Positions 36,943 to 46,628 of a stretch of DNA of 64,000 nt are shown piece after piece. Positions within the stretch are counted from its first letter, which is position 1. Every line of letters begins with the position of its first letter. Both the position numbers and the translations under genes were made by a program. The notes under the pieces were generated by a model that had not been told where the DNA came from, did not search any database, and saw only the letters and a list, made by a program, of their open reading frames with translations. The DNA comes from Alphaproteobacteria bacterium (GTDB lineage Bacteria; Pseudomonadota; Alphaproteobacteria; Rickettsiales; UBA3002): the NCBI GenBank assembly GCA_037200745.1, contig JBBCHK010000014.1:23735-87734 (forward strand), written 5' to 3'.

Positions 36943-38142
36943 GTGCCTTCATACAATTATTCCACGATCAACGAGCGCGGGCGGTCCATCCGCGGCTCGA
37001 TGGTCGCCGAGAACGAGATCGACCTCGAAACGCGCCTCAAGGAGCTGGGCCTCGATCTCATCACCTTCCGCGTCGCCCGCAAGAAGAGCGGCGGCCGCTC
37101 GCGCATCAAGCTCAAGGACATGATCGTGCTCTGCCTGCACCTCGAGCAGCTGACGCGCGCCGGCGTGCCCATCCACGAGGCGCTGGCCGACGTGCGCGAC
37201 TCCACCGAGTCGCCCAAGCTGCGCGACATCATGACCGACGTGCTGGAGAAGGTGAAGACCGGCAGCAAGCTCTCCGAGGCGTTCGGCACCTACCCGCGCG
37301 TGTTCAACGAGGTGTTCGTCGGCCTCATCGCGGCGGGGGAGAAGAACGGCAACCTGACCGAATCCTTCGTCAACATGTCGCAGCACCTGAAATGGACGGG
37401 CGAGCTTCGCCGCAAGGTGAAGAAGGCGATCTCCTACCCCATCGCGCTGATCGTCGTCATGACGGGCGTCATCACCATCCTCATGGTGGCGGTAGTGCCC
37501 AAGCTGGTCAAGTTCATGAAGGACCAGGGCTTCAAGCTGCCCATCCACACCCGCGCGCTGATCTGGACCTCGGAAGCGTTCCAGGCGCACTGGTACCTGA
37601 TCCTCGGCACGCCGGTCGCGCTCGTCATGTTCCTCACCATCATGCGCCGCGTCTCCGAGCCGTTCGCCTACAAGACCGACGCCATCATGCTTCGCCTGCC
37701 GGTGATGGGCTCGACGGCGCGCAAGATCAACCTCGCGCGCTTCACCCACTTCTTCTCGGTGATGTTCAAGAGCGGCATCGACATCCCCGAGGCGCTGCTC
37801 GCGGCGAAGAACGTCGTCGGCAACCGCGTCATCAAGGAATCGGTCGATATCGTGCACCGCTCGATCGTCGAGGGGAACAACCTGACCTCCTCGCTGCGCA
37901 TGTCCAGCCAGTTCCCGACGCTGGTCATCCGCATGTTCAAGGTGGGCGAGGATTCCGGCAACATGAACGACGCGCTGGAGAACATCAAATTCTTCTACGA
38001 CCGCGAGGTGGAAGACTCCGTCGACGGCATGGTCGGCCTCATCCAGCCGACGCTGACGGTGGTCATGGGCGGCATCATCTTCTGGGTCATTGCCGCGGTG
38101 TTCGGCCCGCTCTACGGCTCTTTCGCGAACATGAAGTTCTAG
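36943..38142 (+). CDS. GspF/PilC-family inner membrane platform protein
   Basis: AGVPI.EAL, AAGEKNGNL, KKAISYP, GEDSGNM, IQPTLTVVMG. Confidence 0.95.
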   Translation: MPSYNYSTINERGRSIRGSMVAENEIDLETRLKELGLDLITFRVARKKSGGRSRIKLKDMIVLCLHLEQLTRAGVPIHEALADVRDSTESPKLRDIMTDVLEKVKTGSKLSEAFGTYPRVFNEVFVGLIAAGEKNGNLTESFVNMSQHLKWTGELRRKVKKAISYPIALIVVMTGVITILMVAVVPKLVKFMKDQGFKLPIHTRALIWTSEAFQAHWYLILGTPVALVMFLTIMRRVSEPFAYKTDAIMLRLPVMGSTARKINLARFTHFFSVMFKSGIDIPEALLAAKNVVGNRVIKESVDIVHRSIVEGNNLTSSLRMSSQFPTLVIRMFKVGEDSGNMNDALENIKFFYDREVEDSVDGMVGLIQPTLTVVMGGIIFWVIAAVFGPLYGSFANMKF

Positions 38143-38148
38143 GCCCGG

Positions 38149-40038
38149 ATGAAACTCACGCGCAGGAAAAAGACCGACGAGGACGCGCCCGCCGAGGCAA
38201 AGCCGCCGAAGGAGCCGAAACCGCCGAAAAGGGAGAAGGGGCCGAAGCCGAAACGCTCCGGGCGCGGCAAGGGCGTGCGCGCCGGCGGCGGCAAGAAGCA
38301 GCGCTTCATCCTCGCCATCGGCGACGAGGGCGCCATCCTCGTCTTCATGCAGGGGCCCAAGGTGCAGCGCCGGCTGTTCGCGCCCTCGCCGCAACGCGAC
38401 CACACCACCACGCTCGTCGAGCTGATGGAGGCCAACCCCACGGTGCCGATCACCGTCCTCGCCGACGTCATCGACCAGCAATACGCGCGCCACTCGTTCC
38501 CGCCGGTGTCGTCGCTGAGCGTCGGCGGGCTGGTCAAGCGCCGCCTGAGCCGCGACTTCCAGGCCGAGGACATGAAGGGCTTCCTGCCGCTCGGCCGCGA
38601 CAAGACGGGGCGCAAGGAGTGGAACTACCTGCTCATCGCCGTGGCCAACACGCCGCTGATGCAGCAATGGCTCGACCTCATCGTCGAGCTGCCGAACGAG
38701 CTCAAGGGCATCTACCTCGCGCCGGTGGAGGGCCAGCAATACCTGCCGCGCCTGCGCCGGGCGCTGCCCCTCCTCGCCGAGCCGGCGCCGTGGCAATTGC
38801 TGGTCACCCACAATAAAGTCTCCGGCTTCCGCCAGGTCGTGCTGCAGGACGGGCGGCTGGTCTTCACCCGCGTCACCCAGGCGATCGACGACAGCGTGGC
38901 GGCGGTGCTCGCCGGCAGCATCGAGCAGGAGATCATCAACACGCTCGAATACCTCCGCCGCCTCGGCTTCCAGGACAACGCCTCGCTCGACATCATCGTC
39001 ACCGCCTCCGCCGACGTGAAGGACGCGCTCGACCTCAAGCGCTTCAACGCCGCCTCGGCGACGACGCTCACCCCCTACGACATCGGCGAGATGCTGGGCC
39101 TCGACCAGGCCGCGCTCTCCGCCGACCGTTTCGGCGACGTGGTGATGGCCGCCGCCTTCGCCACCGCGAAGAAGCGCGTGCTCAAGTTCATGACCGCCTA
39201 CGGGCAGAAGCTCCAGCAGCTCTACACGGCGCGCCGCGCCGTCGTTGCCGTCGGCGCGCTCGTCGCGGCCGGGCTGGTGCTCTCTGCGGGGGCCAGCATC
39301 GTCTCCGCCATCGGCGACTCCAGCGCCGCTTCCGACCTCGACGCCAAGCGCAAGCCGCTGGAGCGCCAGATCAGCGAGCTGCACGCGAGCGTGCAGGGGC
39401 TCGGGCAGGACACCGGCTTCAAATCGGCCGTCGTCACCGTCTACGATTCCTACATGAAGGGGCTGCAGAGCCCGCTCACCTTCGTGCACGACCTGGCGCC
39501 GCTGCTGACGCCGGAGACGCGCATCGGCGAGCTCAGCTGGGGCCCGCGCGAGAACAACCTGCCCGACTCCGCCGGCGGCGGCCCGGCGCCGGCGGCCGGC
39601 GCTCCCGCCGCCAGGCCCGCCGGCGGCCTGGATATGGACGACGGGGGCGGCGTGCCGGCGGCCGCCGCCGCCGCGCCCGCGCCCGTCGAGATCAAGGTGG
39701 ACATGGAATTCACCCATCCGTTCCAGGACGTCGAGGAGCTGAGCAAGTACATCACCGACTACATCGCCTCGCTGCGCAAGGCGATGCCGCAATACCATAT
39801 CGGCACCGGCCCGCTGCCGTGGCAGGCCGCCAACGGCGGCCAGCAGAGCATGGAGATCTCCTTCGGGCAGCAGGCCGCCGGCGGCAAGGACATCCATGAC
39901 GGCATGAACAAGGTCACGCTGTATTTCTGGCCGCAGCCGCCGGCAGCGCCGGGCGCGGCCGCTCCCGCCGCCGCGCCGCCGGGAGGTCCGCCGGGCGGGC
40001 TTGGCGGGCCCATGGGCATGCCGGGAGGCAGGCCATGA
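38149..40038 (+). CDS. Hypothetical PilM/PilN(GspL)-like fusion protein
   Basis: Cytoplasmic domain, one TM, coiled coil, periplasmic domain; position after pilB-pilC; family assignment inferred. Confidence 0.6.
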   Translation: MKLTRRKKTDEDAPAEAKPPKEPKPPKREKGPKPKRSGRGKGVRAGGGKKQRFILAIGDEGAILVFMQGPKVQRRLFAPSPQRDHTTTLVELMEANPTVPITVLADVIDQQYARHSFPPVSSLSVGGLVKRRLSRDFQAEDMKGFLPLGRDKTGRKEWNYLLIAVANTPLMQQWLDLIVELPNELKGIYLAPVEGQQYLPRLRRALPLLAEPAPWQLLVTHNKVSGFRQVVLQDGRLVFTRVTQAIDDSVAAVLAGSIEQEIINTLEYLRRLGFQDNASLDIIVTASADVKDALDLKRFNAASATTLTPYDIGEMLGLDQAALSADRFGDVVMAAAFATAKKRVLKFMTAYGQKLQQLYTARRAVVAVGALVAAGLVLSAGASIVSAIGDSSAASDLDAKRKPLERQISELHASVQGLGQDTGFKSAVVTVYDSYMKGLQSPLTFVHDLAPLLTPETRIGELSWGPRENNLPDSAGGGPAPAAGAPAARPAGGLDMDDGGGVPAAAAAAPAPVEIKVDMEFTHPFQDVEELSKYITDYIASLRKAMPQYHIGTGPLPWQAANGGQQSMEISFGQQAAGGKDIHDGMNKVTLYFWPQPPAAPGAAAPAAAPPGGPPGGLGGPMGMPGGRP

Positions 40039-40721
40039 ACAAGCTGAAACGCCTGCAGCGGCGGCTGGTGAAGGCGGGCGCCATCGTGGCCGGGGCGATC
40101 GCCGCCGCTGCGGTCGTCATGGTGCTGGCCGGGAATTTCGCCGACAGCGCGGCGAAGGGCAAGCTCGCCGCCAACGGCAAGCTGACGCAATCGCAGGGGC
40201 AGCTCAGCAACCTGCGCTCGCAGCTCGACCGCTCGGGCGATGCGGAGAAACAGTTCCTCATCATCCAGCAGGGCCGGCCGGACACCGGCTACAGCGCCAA
40301 CAGCGACACGCTGAAGGAGCTGCTGCGCGCCGCCAAGGAGCATTACCGCTTCTCCGACAGCTTCAAGCTCGAGCTCGCCACCGAGAAGCCCAGCGACCGC
40401 CCGGAATTCTCCACCCTCGATTACGACGTCACCGTGCGCGAGCCGATGAAGCTCAGCCTCGAAGCGATCTCGGACATGCATGTCTATGCCTTCCTCGCCA
40501 CGCTCAGCAACGACGCGCCGGGCTTCGTGCGCATCACCAGCCTCGACCTCAAGCGCAAGGGCGACATGAGCGGCGACGCGATCGGCCAGATGGCCGGCGG
40601 CGGCGCGCCCATGCTGGTCGATGCGACGGTGGAGTTCTCCTGGATCGGCATCGCGCCCAAGAAAAAACCGGCGGACGCGCCCGCCGCGAATGCCGCCGCC
40701 GCGAACGCAGGCATGCCATGA
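40035..40721 (+). CDS. Hypothetical PilO/GspM-like protein
   Basis: N-terminal TM, coiled coil, PGFVRITSLDLKR; ATGA overlap with the upstream gene. Confidence 0.6.
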   Translation: MNKLKRLQRRLVKAGAIVAGAIAAAAVVMVLAGNFADSAAKGKLAANGKLTQSQGQLSNLRSQLDRSGDAEKQFLIIQQGRPDTGYSANSDTLKELLRAAKEHYRFSDSFKLELATEKPSDRPEFSTLDYDVTVREPMKLSLEAISDMHVYAFLATLSNDAPGFVRITSLDLKRKGDMSGDAIGQMAGGGAPMLVDATVEFSWIGIAPKKKPADAPAANAAAANAGMP

Positions 40722-41878
40722 GGACGCTGCGCGCCGCATTGCTTCTGAGCGCCTGCCTGTGCGGCACGGCGTTCGCCCAGGCCGTGGGCCCGCCCGGTGC
40801 GCCCGTTCATGCCGGGGCACCGCTTCCTGCAGCGACGCCGCCCGCCGGTGCCTTGCCGCCGCCGTCGGCGGCAGCGGCGCCTCCTGCGGTCGCCTTGCCG
40901 GCGACGGCTCCCGGCGCGCTCCCGGCGGTCGATGCGGCCGCGCAGGCGCCCGCGCCCGATACGGCGAAGCCCGACGACGCCGCAAAAAAATCGCCCTTCG
41001 ACATGCCGGGGCTTTCCTTCGGCGACCAGTCGTCGAGCCTGTTGTTCACCGCGCCGCAGGTCGATGCGATGAAGCAGGCGCTCACCGCCGCCGAGACCCA
41101 CCAGCCCGAAACGGCGTCGCCCACCGCGCTCACCGTCCTGCCGGTGAGCAGCGCCGCCGCGCCGAAGATCGAGGAGCCGAACCCGTACCCGGTATTCTAT
41201 CTCGGCAGCATCGTGTACCATTCGGCGTCGGACTGGACGGTGTTCCTCGCCGGCAAGCGCATCACGCCGAAGACCAACACCGGCGAGGTGCTGGTCACCG
41301 GCATCGCGCCCGAGATGGCGCGCTTCGAGTGGCGCCCGGCTTTCGTCAAGGCGCTGCTGACGCGCCGCCAGCTCAACAAGTTCGCGCCGGTGGGCGCGCT
41401 GCGCAACAAGCGGGTGGGGAAGGACAACGCGATCTTCGACACGCAGACCGGCGTCGTCACCTTCGCCCTGCGCCCCAACGAGACGTTCGACTCCGGCCGC
41501 TTCGCCATCTTCGAAGGCTCGATCGCGGCCGCGACCGACCTGCCGCCGCTGGTCGACGCCGCGCCCAGGACGGAAGGCCAGAAGATCGGCGACGAGGCCA
41601 AGGCCGTGCTGAACGACATGGGCGGCACGCTGTCCCCGGCGACCGCCCCCGGCGCCACCTTCGCGAATATGCCCGCCGCGCCTGCAGGCGCTCCCGCGCC
41701 GGCCGCCGCCGCGCCCGCGCCCATCCCTGCGGCGCCGTCCGCCGCGACCGGTATGGGAGCGGACCCGACCACGCCCGGCGCTCCCCCGGCCGCAGCGACG
41801 CAGGCCATCGGCCGTGCCCAGTCGCTGATGGTGCCGGGCAGCGCGCCCCCCGTTGCCAATCCCGCATCCAGCCAGTAA
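40718..41878 (+). CDS. Hypothetical secreted Pro/Ala-rich protein of the pilus cluster
   Basis: Signal peptide MRTLRAALLLSACLCGTAFA; core FYLGSIVY....WTVFL.G. Confidence 0.7.
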   Translation: MRTLRAALLLSACLCGTAFAQAVGPPGAPVHAGAPLPAATPPAGALPPPSAAAAPPAVALPATAPGALPAVDAAAQAPAPDTAKPDDAAKKSPFDMPGLSFGDQSSSLLFTAPQVDAMKQALTAAETHQPETASPTALTVLPVSSAAAPKIEEPNPYPVFYLGSIVYHSASDWTVFLAGKRITPKTNTGEVLVTGIAPEMARFEWRPAFVKALLTRRQLNKFAPVGALRNKRVGKDNAIFDTQTGVVTFALRPNETFDSGRFAIFEGSIAAATDLPPLVDAAPRTEGQKIGDEAKAVLNDMGGTLSPATAPGATFANMPAAPAGAPAPAAAAPAPIPAAPSAATGMGADPTTPGAPPAAATQAIGRAQSLMVPGSAPPVANPASSQ

Positions 41879-41888
41879 GAGGTAGCCC

Positions 41889-42629
41889 ATGGAACCGTTA
41901 CGCGTCGCACAGGTCAGCAAGTCCTACGGCCAGCACCGGGTGCTGGGCGACATCTCCTTCGCGCTGAAGGAGGGCGAGATCTTCGGGCTCGTCGGGCTGA
42001 ACGGCATCGGCAAGACGACGCTGATCAAGCTCATCCTCGACCTCGCGCCGGCGGACGGCGGCCATATCGAGATCTTCGGCGAATCCTCGGTGAGCGTGAA
42101 GGCGCGCGAGCATCTGTCCTACCTGCCGGAGAAATTCTCGCCCTCGCGCTACCTCAAGGGCCACGAGCATCTCGAGCTGGCGCTGTCCTACTACAAGCGC
42201 AAATACGACGCTTCCGCCGCCGCGCAGCTCGCCCGCGAGCTCGACCTCGACCCGGCGGTGCTGTCGCGCAAGGTCGGCTCCTATTCGAAGGGGATGGGGC
42301 AGAAGCTGGGGCTGATCGGCGCCTTCATGATCGACCAGCCGCTGCTGATCCTGGACGAGCCGATGAGCGGCCTCGATCCGCGCGCCCGCATCATGCTCAA
42401 GGAAGTGATGAAGCGCGAGAAGAAGCGCGGCCGCACGCTGTTCTTCAGCTCGCACATTCTTTCCGACATCGATGAAATCTGCGACCGCATCGGCATCATC
42501 CACGACAGCAAGCTGGTCTATCTCGGCGCGGCGGCGGAGTTCAAGCCGACCTTCGGCGAGACCAATCTCGAGCGTGCGTTCCTGAAAGCGATCGGCAGCG
42601 AAATGCCCTCGGGCTCGCTCGCCGCCTAG
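41889..42629 (+). CDS. ABC transporter ATP-binding protein
   Basis: GLNGIGKTT, YSKGMGQK, LILDEPMSGLDP, SSH. Confidence 0.95.
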   Translation: MEPLRVAQVSKSYGQHRVLGDISFALKEGEIFGLVGLNGIGKTTLIKLILDLAPADGGHIEIFGESSVSVKAREHLSYLPEKFSPSRYLKGHEHLELALSYYKRKYDASAAAQLARELDLDPAVLSRKVGSYSKGMGQKLGLIGAFMIDQPLLILDEPMSGLDPRARIMLKEVMKREKKRGRTLFFSSHILSDIDEICDRIGIIHDSKLVYLGAAAEFKPTFGETNLERAFLKAIGSEMPSGSLAA

Positions 42630-43762
42630 AATTCGCTGCTGCTGCCGCCTGCGCCGCGCCGGCCCGGCGCCAGCGTGATCTCGTGCACCTGCATCTTCGA
42701 CAGGCCCTTGCGGTTGGTGAGCTGCATGCGCAGGTTGGAGGCGTTGTCCGTCTCGGCGAGCGCGGCCTCCTCGCTGATGGTGCCGGCGGTGATCATGTCC
42801 ATCAGGCACTGGTCGAAGGTCTGCATGCCCTCGGCGCGGTTCTTCTCGATCATCTCGCGCACCTGGCGGACCTTGCCTTCCTCGATCAGCTGACGGATGA
42901 GGCCGTTATTGAGCAGCACCTCGAGCGCCAGCGAGCGCGTTCCCTTGAGGTTGGGCACCAGCCGCTGGGCGAGCACCGCGCGCAAATTGAGCGCGAGGTT
43001 CATCCGGATCTGCTGGTGGCGCTCCTCGGGGAAGAAGTTGAGCACGCGCTCGATGGTCTGGTTCGCGTTGTTGGCGTGCAGCGTGGCGAGGCAGATATGG
43101 CCGGTCTCGGCGAAATAGATCGCCTGCTCCATCACCTCGCGGTCGCGGATCTCGCCGATCGCCACCATGTCCGGCCGCTGGCGCAGCGCGTTCTTGAGCG
43201 CGGCGGCGTAGGAGGTGGTGTCGAGCCCGACGTCGCGCTGGGTGATCAGGCAGCCGCCGTGCGGGTGCACGAATTCGATCGGGTCCTCGACGGTGATGAT
43301 GTGGCCGCTGCCGTGCGCGTTGCGGTGGCCGATCATCGCCGCCATGGTGGTCGATTTGCCCGAGCCCGTCGGCCCGGCGATGAGGATCAGCCCGCGCTTG
43401 AGCAGGGCGAGGTCGCCCACCAGCGCCGGCAGCCCGAGCTTGTCGGGCGAGGGGATGTCCATCTGGATGCGGCGCACGACGATGCCGGCATGCCCCTGCT
43501 GGCGGAAGATGTTGAGGCGGAAGCGCGCGAGGTCCTGCCAGAGGAAGGCGGTGTTGAATTCGAGCGCCGCCGCGAATTCGGCGCGCTGCGTTTCGGTGAG
43601 GAGCTGCGAGAGGTAGCGGTCGAGGTCGGCGTCGGCGAGGGGGGCGCCGATGGTCTCGATCGCGTCGTCGATGCGCAGGGCAGCGGCGCTGCCGACGGTG
43701 AGGTAAAGGTCCGTCGCCTTGCGGTGGATGGCGGCTTCGAGCAATGCGTCGATATGGTCCAT
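42626..43762 (-). CDS. pilU: Type IV pilus retraction ATPase PilU
   Basis: RFRLNIFRQ, GPTGSGKSTT, TVEDPIE, LRQRPD, TGH, GMQTFDQ; follows pilT. Confidence 0.9.
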   Translation of the reverse strand: MDHIDALLEAAIHRKATDLYLTVGSAAALRIDDAIETIGAPLADADLDRYLSQLLTETQRAEFAAALEFNTAFLWQDLARFRLNIFRQQGHAGIVVRRIQMDIPSPDKLGLPALVGDLALLKRGLILIAGPTGSGKSTTMAAMIGHRNAHGSGHIITVEDPIEFVHPHGGCLITQRDVGLDTTSYAAALKNALRQRPDMVAIGEIRDREVMEQAIYFAETGHICLATLHANNANQTIERVLNFFPEERHQQIRMNLALNLRAVLAQRLVPNLKGTRSLALEVLLNNGLIRQLIEEGKVRQVREMIEKNRAEGMQTFDQCLMDMITAGTISEEAALAETDNASNLRMQLTNRKGLSKMQVHEITLAPGRRGAGGSSSEF

Positions 43763-43764
43763 GG

Positions 43765-44877
43765 CTAGAACGTGTTCTGGTTGGCGGCCTTGCGCACGGG
43801 CTTGGCGGCCGCCTTGACGTTGCCTTCCTCGTCGTGCTCGTCCTCCTGCGCGCCGGTGACGAGCGCCTCGCGCAGCGTGTCGGCGGAGATCAGCCCGTTC
43901 TCGTACATGCGGTTGAGCGTGTCGCGCATGGTGGTCATGCCCTGGCGCGAGCCCATCTGGATCATCGAGTTGATCTGCGGGATCTTCGCCTCGCGGATCA
44001 GGTTGCGGATGGCCGGGGTGCCGAGCATGATCTCGTGCGCGGCGACGCGGCCGTGCCCGTCGAGCTTCTTCAGCAGCGCCTGCGCGATCACCGCTTCGAG
44101 CGAGACGGAAAGCATCGCGCGCACCATTTCCTTGTCGTCCGCCGGGAACACGTCGATGATGCGGTCGATGGTCTTCGCCGCCGAGGAAGTATGCAGCGTG
44201 CCCATCACGAGGTGGCCGGTCTCCGCCGCCGTCATCGCGAGCTGGATGGTCTCAAGGTCGCGCAACTCGCCGACGAGGATGACGTCCGGGTCCTCGCGCA
44301 GCGCGCTTTTCAACGCCTTGGCGAAGCTGCGCGTCGAGCCGCCGACCTCGCGCTGGTTGACCAGCGCCTTCTTCGATTTATGCACGAACTCCACCGGGTC
44401 CTCGATGGTGAGGATGTGGCGGTTCATGGTGGTGTTGATGTAATCGACCATCGCCGCCAGCGTCGTCGATTTGCCGGAGCCGGTCGGGCCGGTGACGAGG
44501 ATCAGCCCCTTGTGCAGGTGGCACAGCCGGGTGAGCACCTCCGGCGCGCCGAGCTCCTCGAGCGAGAGGATTTTGGTCGGGATGGTACGGAACACCGCGC
44601 CCGGGCCGTGGATGGTGTTGAAGACGTTCACCCGGAAGCGCATCTCGTCGGAGAAGGAGACGGAGAAGTCGAGCTCGAGGTCGCGCTCGTAATCGCTGCG
44701 CTGCTGCTCGCTCATGATCGAGTAGAGCATGGTCTTGATGTCGTTGCCGGCGAGCGCCGGCTGGTTGAGCGGCAGGATATCGCCATGCACCCGCATCAGC
44801 GGCGGGTTGTTGGTCGACAGATGAAGGTCGGACGCCTTGTTCTTGTGCGTGACGATCAATAGGTCCGTAATTTCCAT
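43765..44877 (-). CDS. pilT: Type IV pilus retraction ATPase PilT
   Basis: ASDLHL, GPTGSGKSTT, LREDPD, GTLHT, diagnostic AIRNLIRE motif. Confidence 0.96.
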   Translation of the reverse strand: MEITDLLIVTHKNKASDLHLSTNNPPLMRVHGDILPLNQPALAGNDIKTMLYSIMSEQQRSDYERDLELDFSVSFSDEMRFRVNVFNTIHGPGAVFRTIPTKILSLEELGAPEVLTRLCHLHKGLILVTGPTGSGKSTTLAAMVDYINTTMNRHILTIEDPVEFVHKSKKALVNQREVGGSTRSFAKALKSALREDPDVILVGELRDLETIQLAMTAAETGHLVMGTLHTSSAAKTIDRIIDVFPADDKEMVRAMLSVSLEAVIAQALLKKLDGHGRVAAHEIMLGTPAIRNLIREAKIPQINSMIQMGSRQGMTTMRDTLNRMYENGLISADTLREALVTGAQEDEHDEEGNVKAAAKPVRKAANQNTF

Positions 44878-45080
44878 TCCATACTCCCGTTCGACATTGA
44901 TGGCGGGCTACGTCGTCGCGGCCGTGCTCGAATCCTCACCCCGGCCTTCGCCGGGGCAGGCTCCGCGAACCTTTCCGGTTCTGCGCGCGCCCACTCCTAG
45001 TATCCCGCTCATCACTATCGAACTTACTCTAGCGCTTGGCAGTAAAAACTTCGTTAATTTCAACGGTTAATGGCGATCTG

Positions 45081-46343
45081 CTAACCCGGCGCCACATAGG
45101 CGGCGGCGAGGGTGCTGATGTAATTCAGGCGCTTCTGCAGGACCGGCAGCGGGGCGGGGACGGTTTCGCCGTGCAGCGAGGCGGTGATCAGCAGCCGGTA
45201 GAGCGAGCCTGCATCGGCATATTGCCCCTGCCGGTCGAGCATGACGGCGAGGTTGTATTTGTAGGTCAGGTTGTCCGGCGCGAGCTCGATGGCGCGCAGG
45301 AGCTGCTGACGCGCCTGCTCCTGGTAGCCGAGCTTGTCCATGACGAGGCCGAGCTGCGCCGGGATGGGGCTGAAATCCGGGTTGCGCTGCTCCAGCCGCT
45401 CGAGCTCCGGCAGCGCGTCGGCCGGCGATTCGTCGGCGACGAGGGCGAGGAAGTTGTTCAAGCCCTCGCGATGGTTGGGGTTGATCTTGAGCAGCATGCC
45501 GTAGAGCGGGCGCGCCTTGTCGATCTCGCCGAGCCGGTGGTAGGTCGCGGCGAGCCCGAACAGCGCGTCCTGGTTCTGCGGATCGACGCTGAGAATGTTC
45601 TTATACACCTCGATCGCCGTCTGCGTGTCGTTGCCCATGAGCGCGGTATAGGCGCGGTTGAGCTCGTAATTCGTGTCGAGCCCCGGCCGGCGCACCGCGA
45701 TGCTCAGCCCCACCGACTGGAATTTTTCCTCCTTCTCGCCGGGCCCGAGGAGCTGCTGGATCTCCGGGCTGACGCGGTCGAGCGCGATATTGCCCCCCGA
45801 CGGCGGAGCCGGCGTATCGATGCGCGAAGGGATCTCGCTCAGGATGGCGCGCGTCTGCGGGGTAAGCGTGCTGCGCGGCGCGGGCGGGCCCTGCGCCACC
45901 GCCACTGCCGGGCCGGGCGGCACTTCCGCCATCGGCACGACGGGCACCGGCGGCCCGACCGGGGTCGGCGCATAGACCACCGCCGAGCCGGGCGTCGCCG
46001 GGGCCGGCTGGACGGCGACCAGCGGCGCGGGGGCGATGAAGCCGCCGCCGTCCGGCGCGGGGAGCGGCTGCGGCACTGGTGCGCCTGCCTCCATTGTAGC
46101 GCTGCGGCCGGGATAGAGCGGGCGCGCCGGCATGCTGACCGGCGGCAGGGGCGTGGCGTATTCCGGCGAGGCCGCCGGCGGCGTGTAGGTCGGGCGCGGC
46201 GGCGCGCCGTCGTTATACAGCACGGTCGTATCGGGCAGGGCGATCCCGCCGGCGCCGGCATTGGGGTCGAAGGCGGCGAGCGCGGGCGCGGCAAAAAGCA
46301 GCGCACCGGCCCCCATTAGGGCGCCCGTCCTGCGCAATTTCAT
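45081..46343 (-). CDS. Secreted tetratricopeptide-repeat protein with Pro-rich linker
   Basis: Signal peptide ...LFAAPALA; TPR motifs (DALFGLAATYHRLG..DKA..Y, YKYNLAVMLD). Confidence 0.85.
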   Translation of the reverse strand: MKLRRTGALMGAGALLFAAPALAAFDPNAGAGGIALPDTTVLYNDGAPPRPTYTPPAASPEYATPLPPVSMPARPLYPGRSATMEAGAPVPQPLPAPDGGGFIAPAPLVAVQPAPATPGSAVVYAPTPVGPPVPVVPMAEVPPGPAVAVAQGPPAPRSTLTPQTRAILSEIPSRIDTPAPPSGGNIALDRVSPEIQQLLGPGEKEEKFQSVGLSIAVRRPGLDTNYELNRAYTALMGNDTQTAIEVYKNILSVDPQNQDALFGLAATYHRLGEIDKARPLYGMLLKINPNHREGLNNFLALVADESPADALPELERLEQRNPDFSPIPAQLGLVMDKLGYQEQARQQLLRAIELAPDNLTYKYNLAVMLDRQGQYADAGSLYRLLITASLHGETVPAPLPVLQKRLNYISTLAAAYVAPG

Positions 46344-46508
46344 TCGTGAAACACCCGCTCGTGACATGTAATTCTGGACCGTTTGGAGGCCGGATAATTC
46401 TGGTATTCCCCGAGTCAAACAAACTACATATAGGGGTCTAAGTAAACCGCCATCGCTAGAACTTGTGATATGCGAGGCTGGCTGCGGCTCAAGCCTGTGA
46501 ATAAGAAA

Positions 46509-46598
46509 AGGGCTAGGGGCTAGGGCTGGGGACTAGGGTTCGAACAATAGCGATCAGCCCTGATAATCCCCTAGCCACTAGCCCTAGCCCCTAGCCCT
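46509..46598. repeat. Inverted pair of GGGCTAG-type short tandem repeats
   Basis: AGGGCTAGGGGCTAGGGCTGGGGACTAGGG / CCCTAGCCACTAGCCCTAGCCCCTAGCCCT, 27/30 complementary. Confidence 0.9.
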
Positions 46599-46628
46599 CC
46601 GTGGCACGGCTCTTGCAAAACTCTTTCC

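Noticed and set aside
36949-39897. Very long antisense ORFs (also 6022-7725, 51581-54304, 2869-4386)
   Set aside because: They are shadow ORFs opposite well-supported genes in high-GC DNA and have no recognisable motifs.
45054-45070. CtrA box upstream of pilT
   Set aside because: The TTAA half-sites are 9 nt apart rather than 7, so at most this is a half-site.
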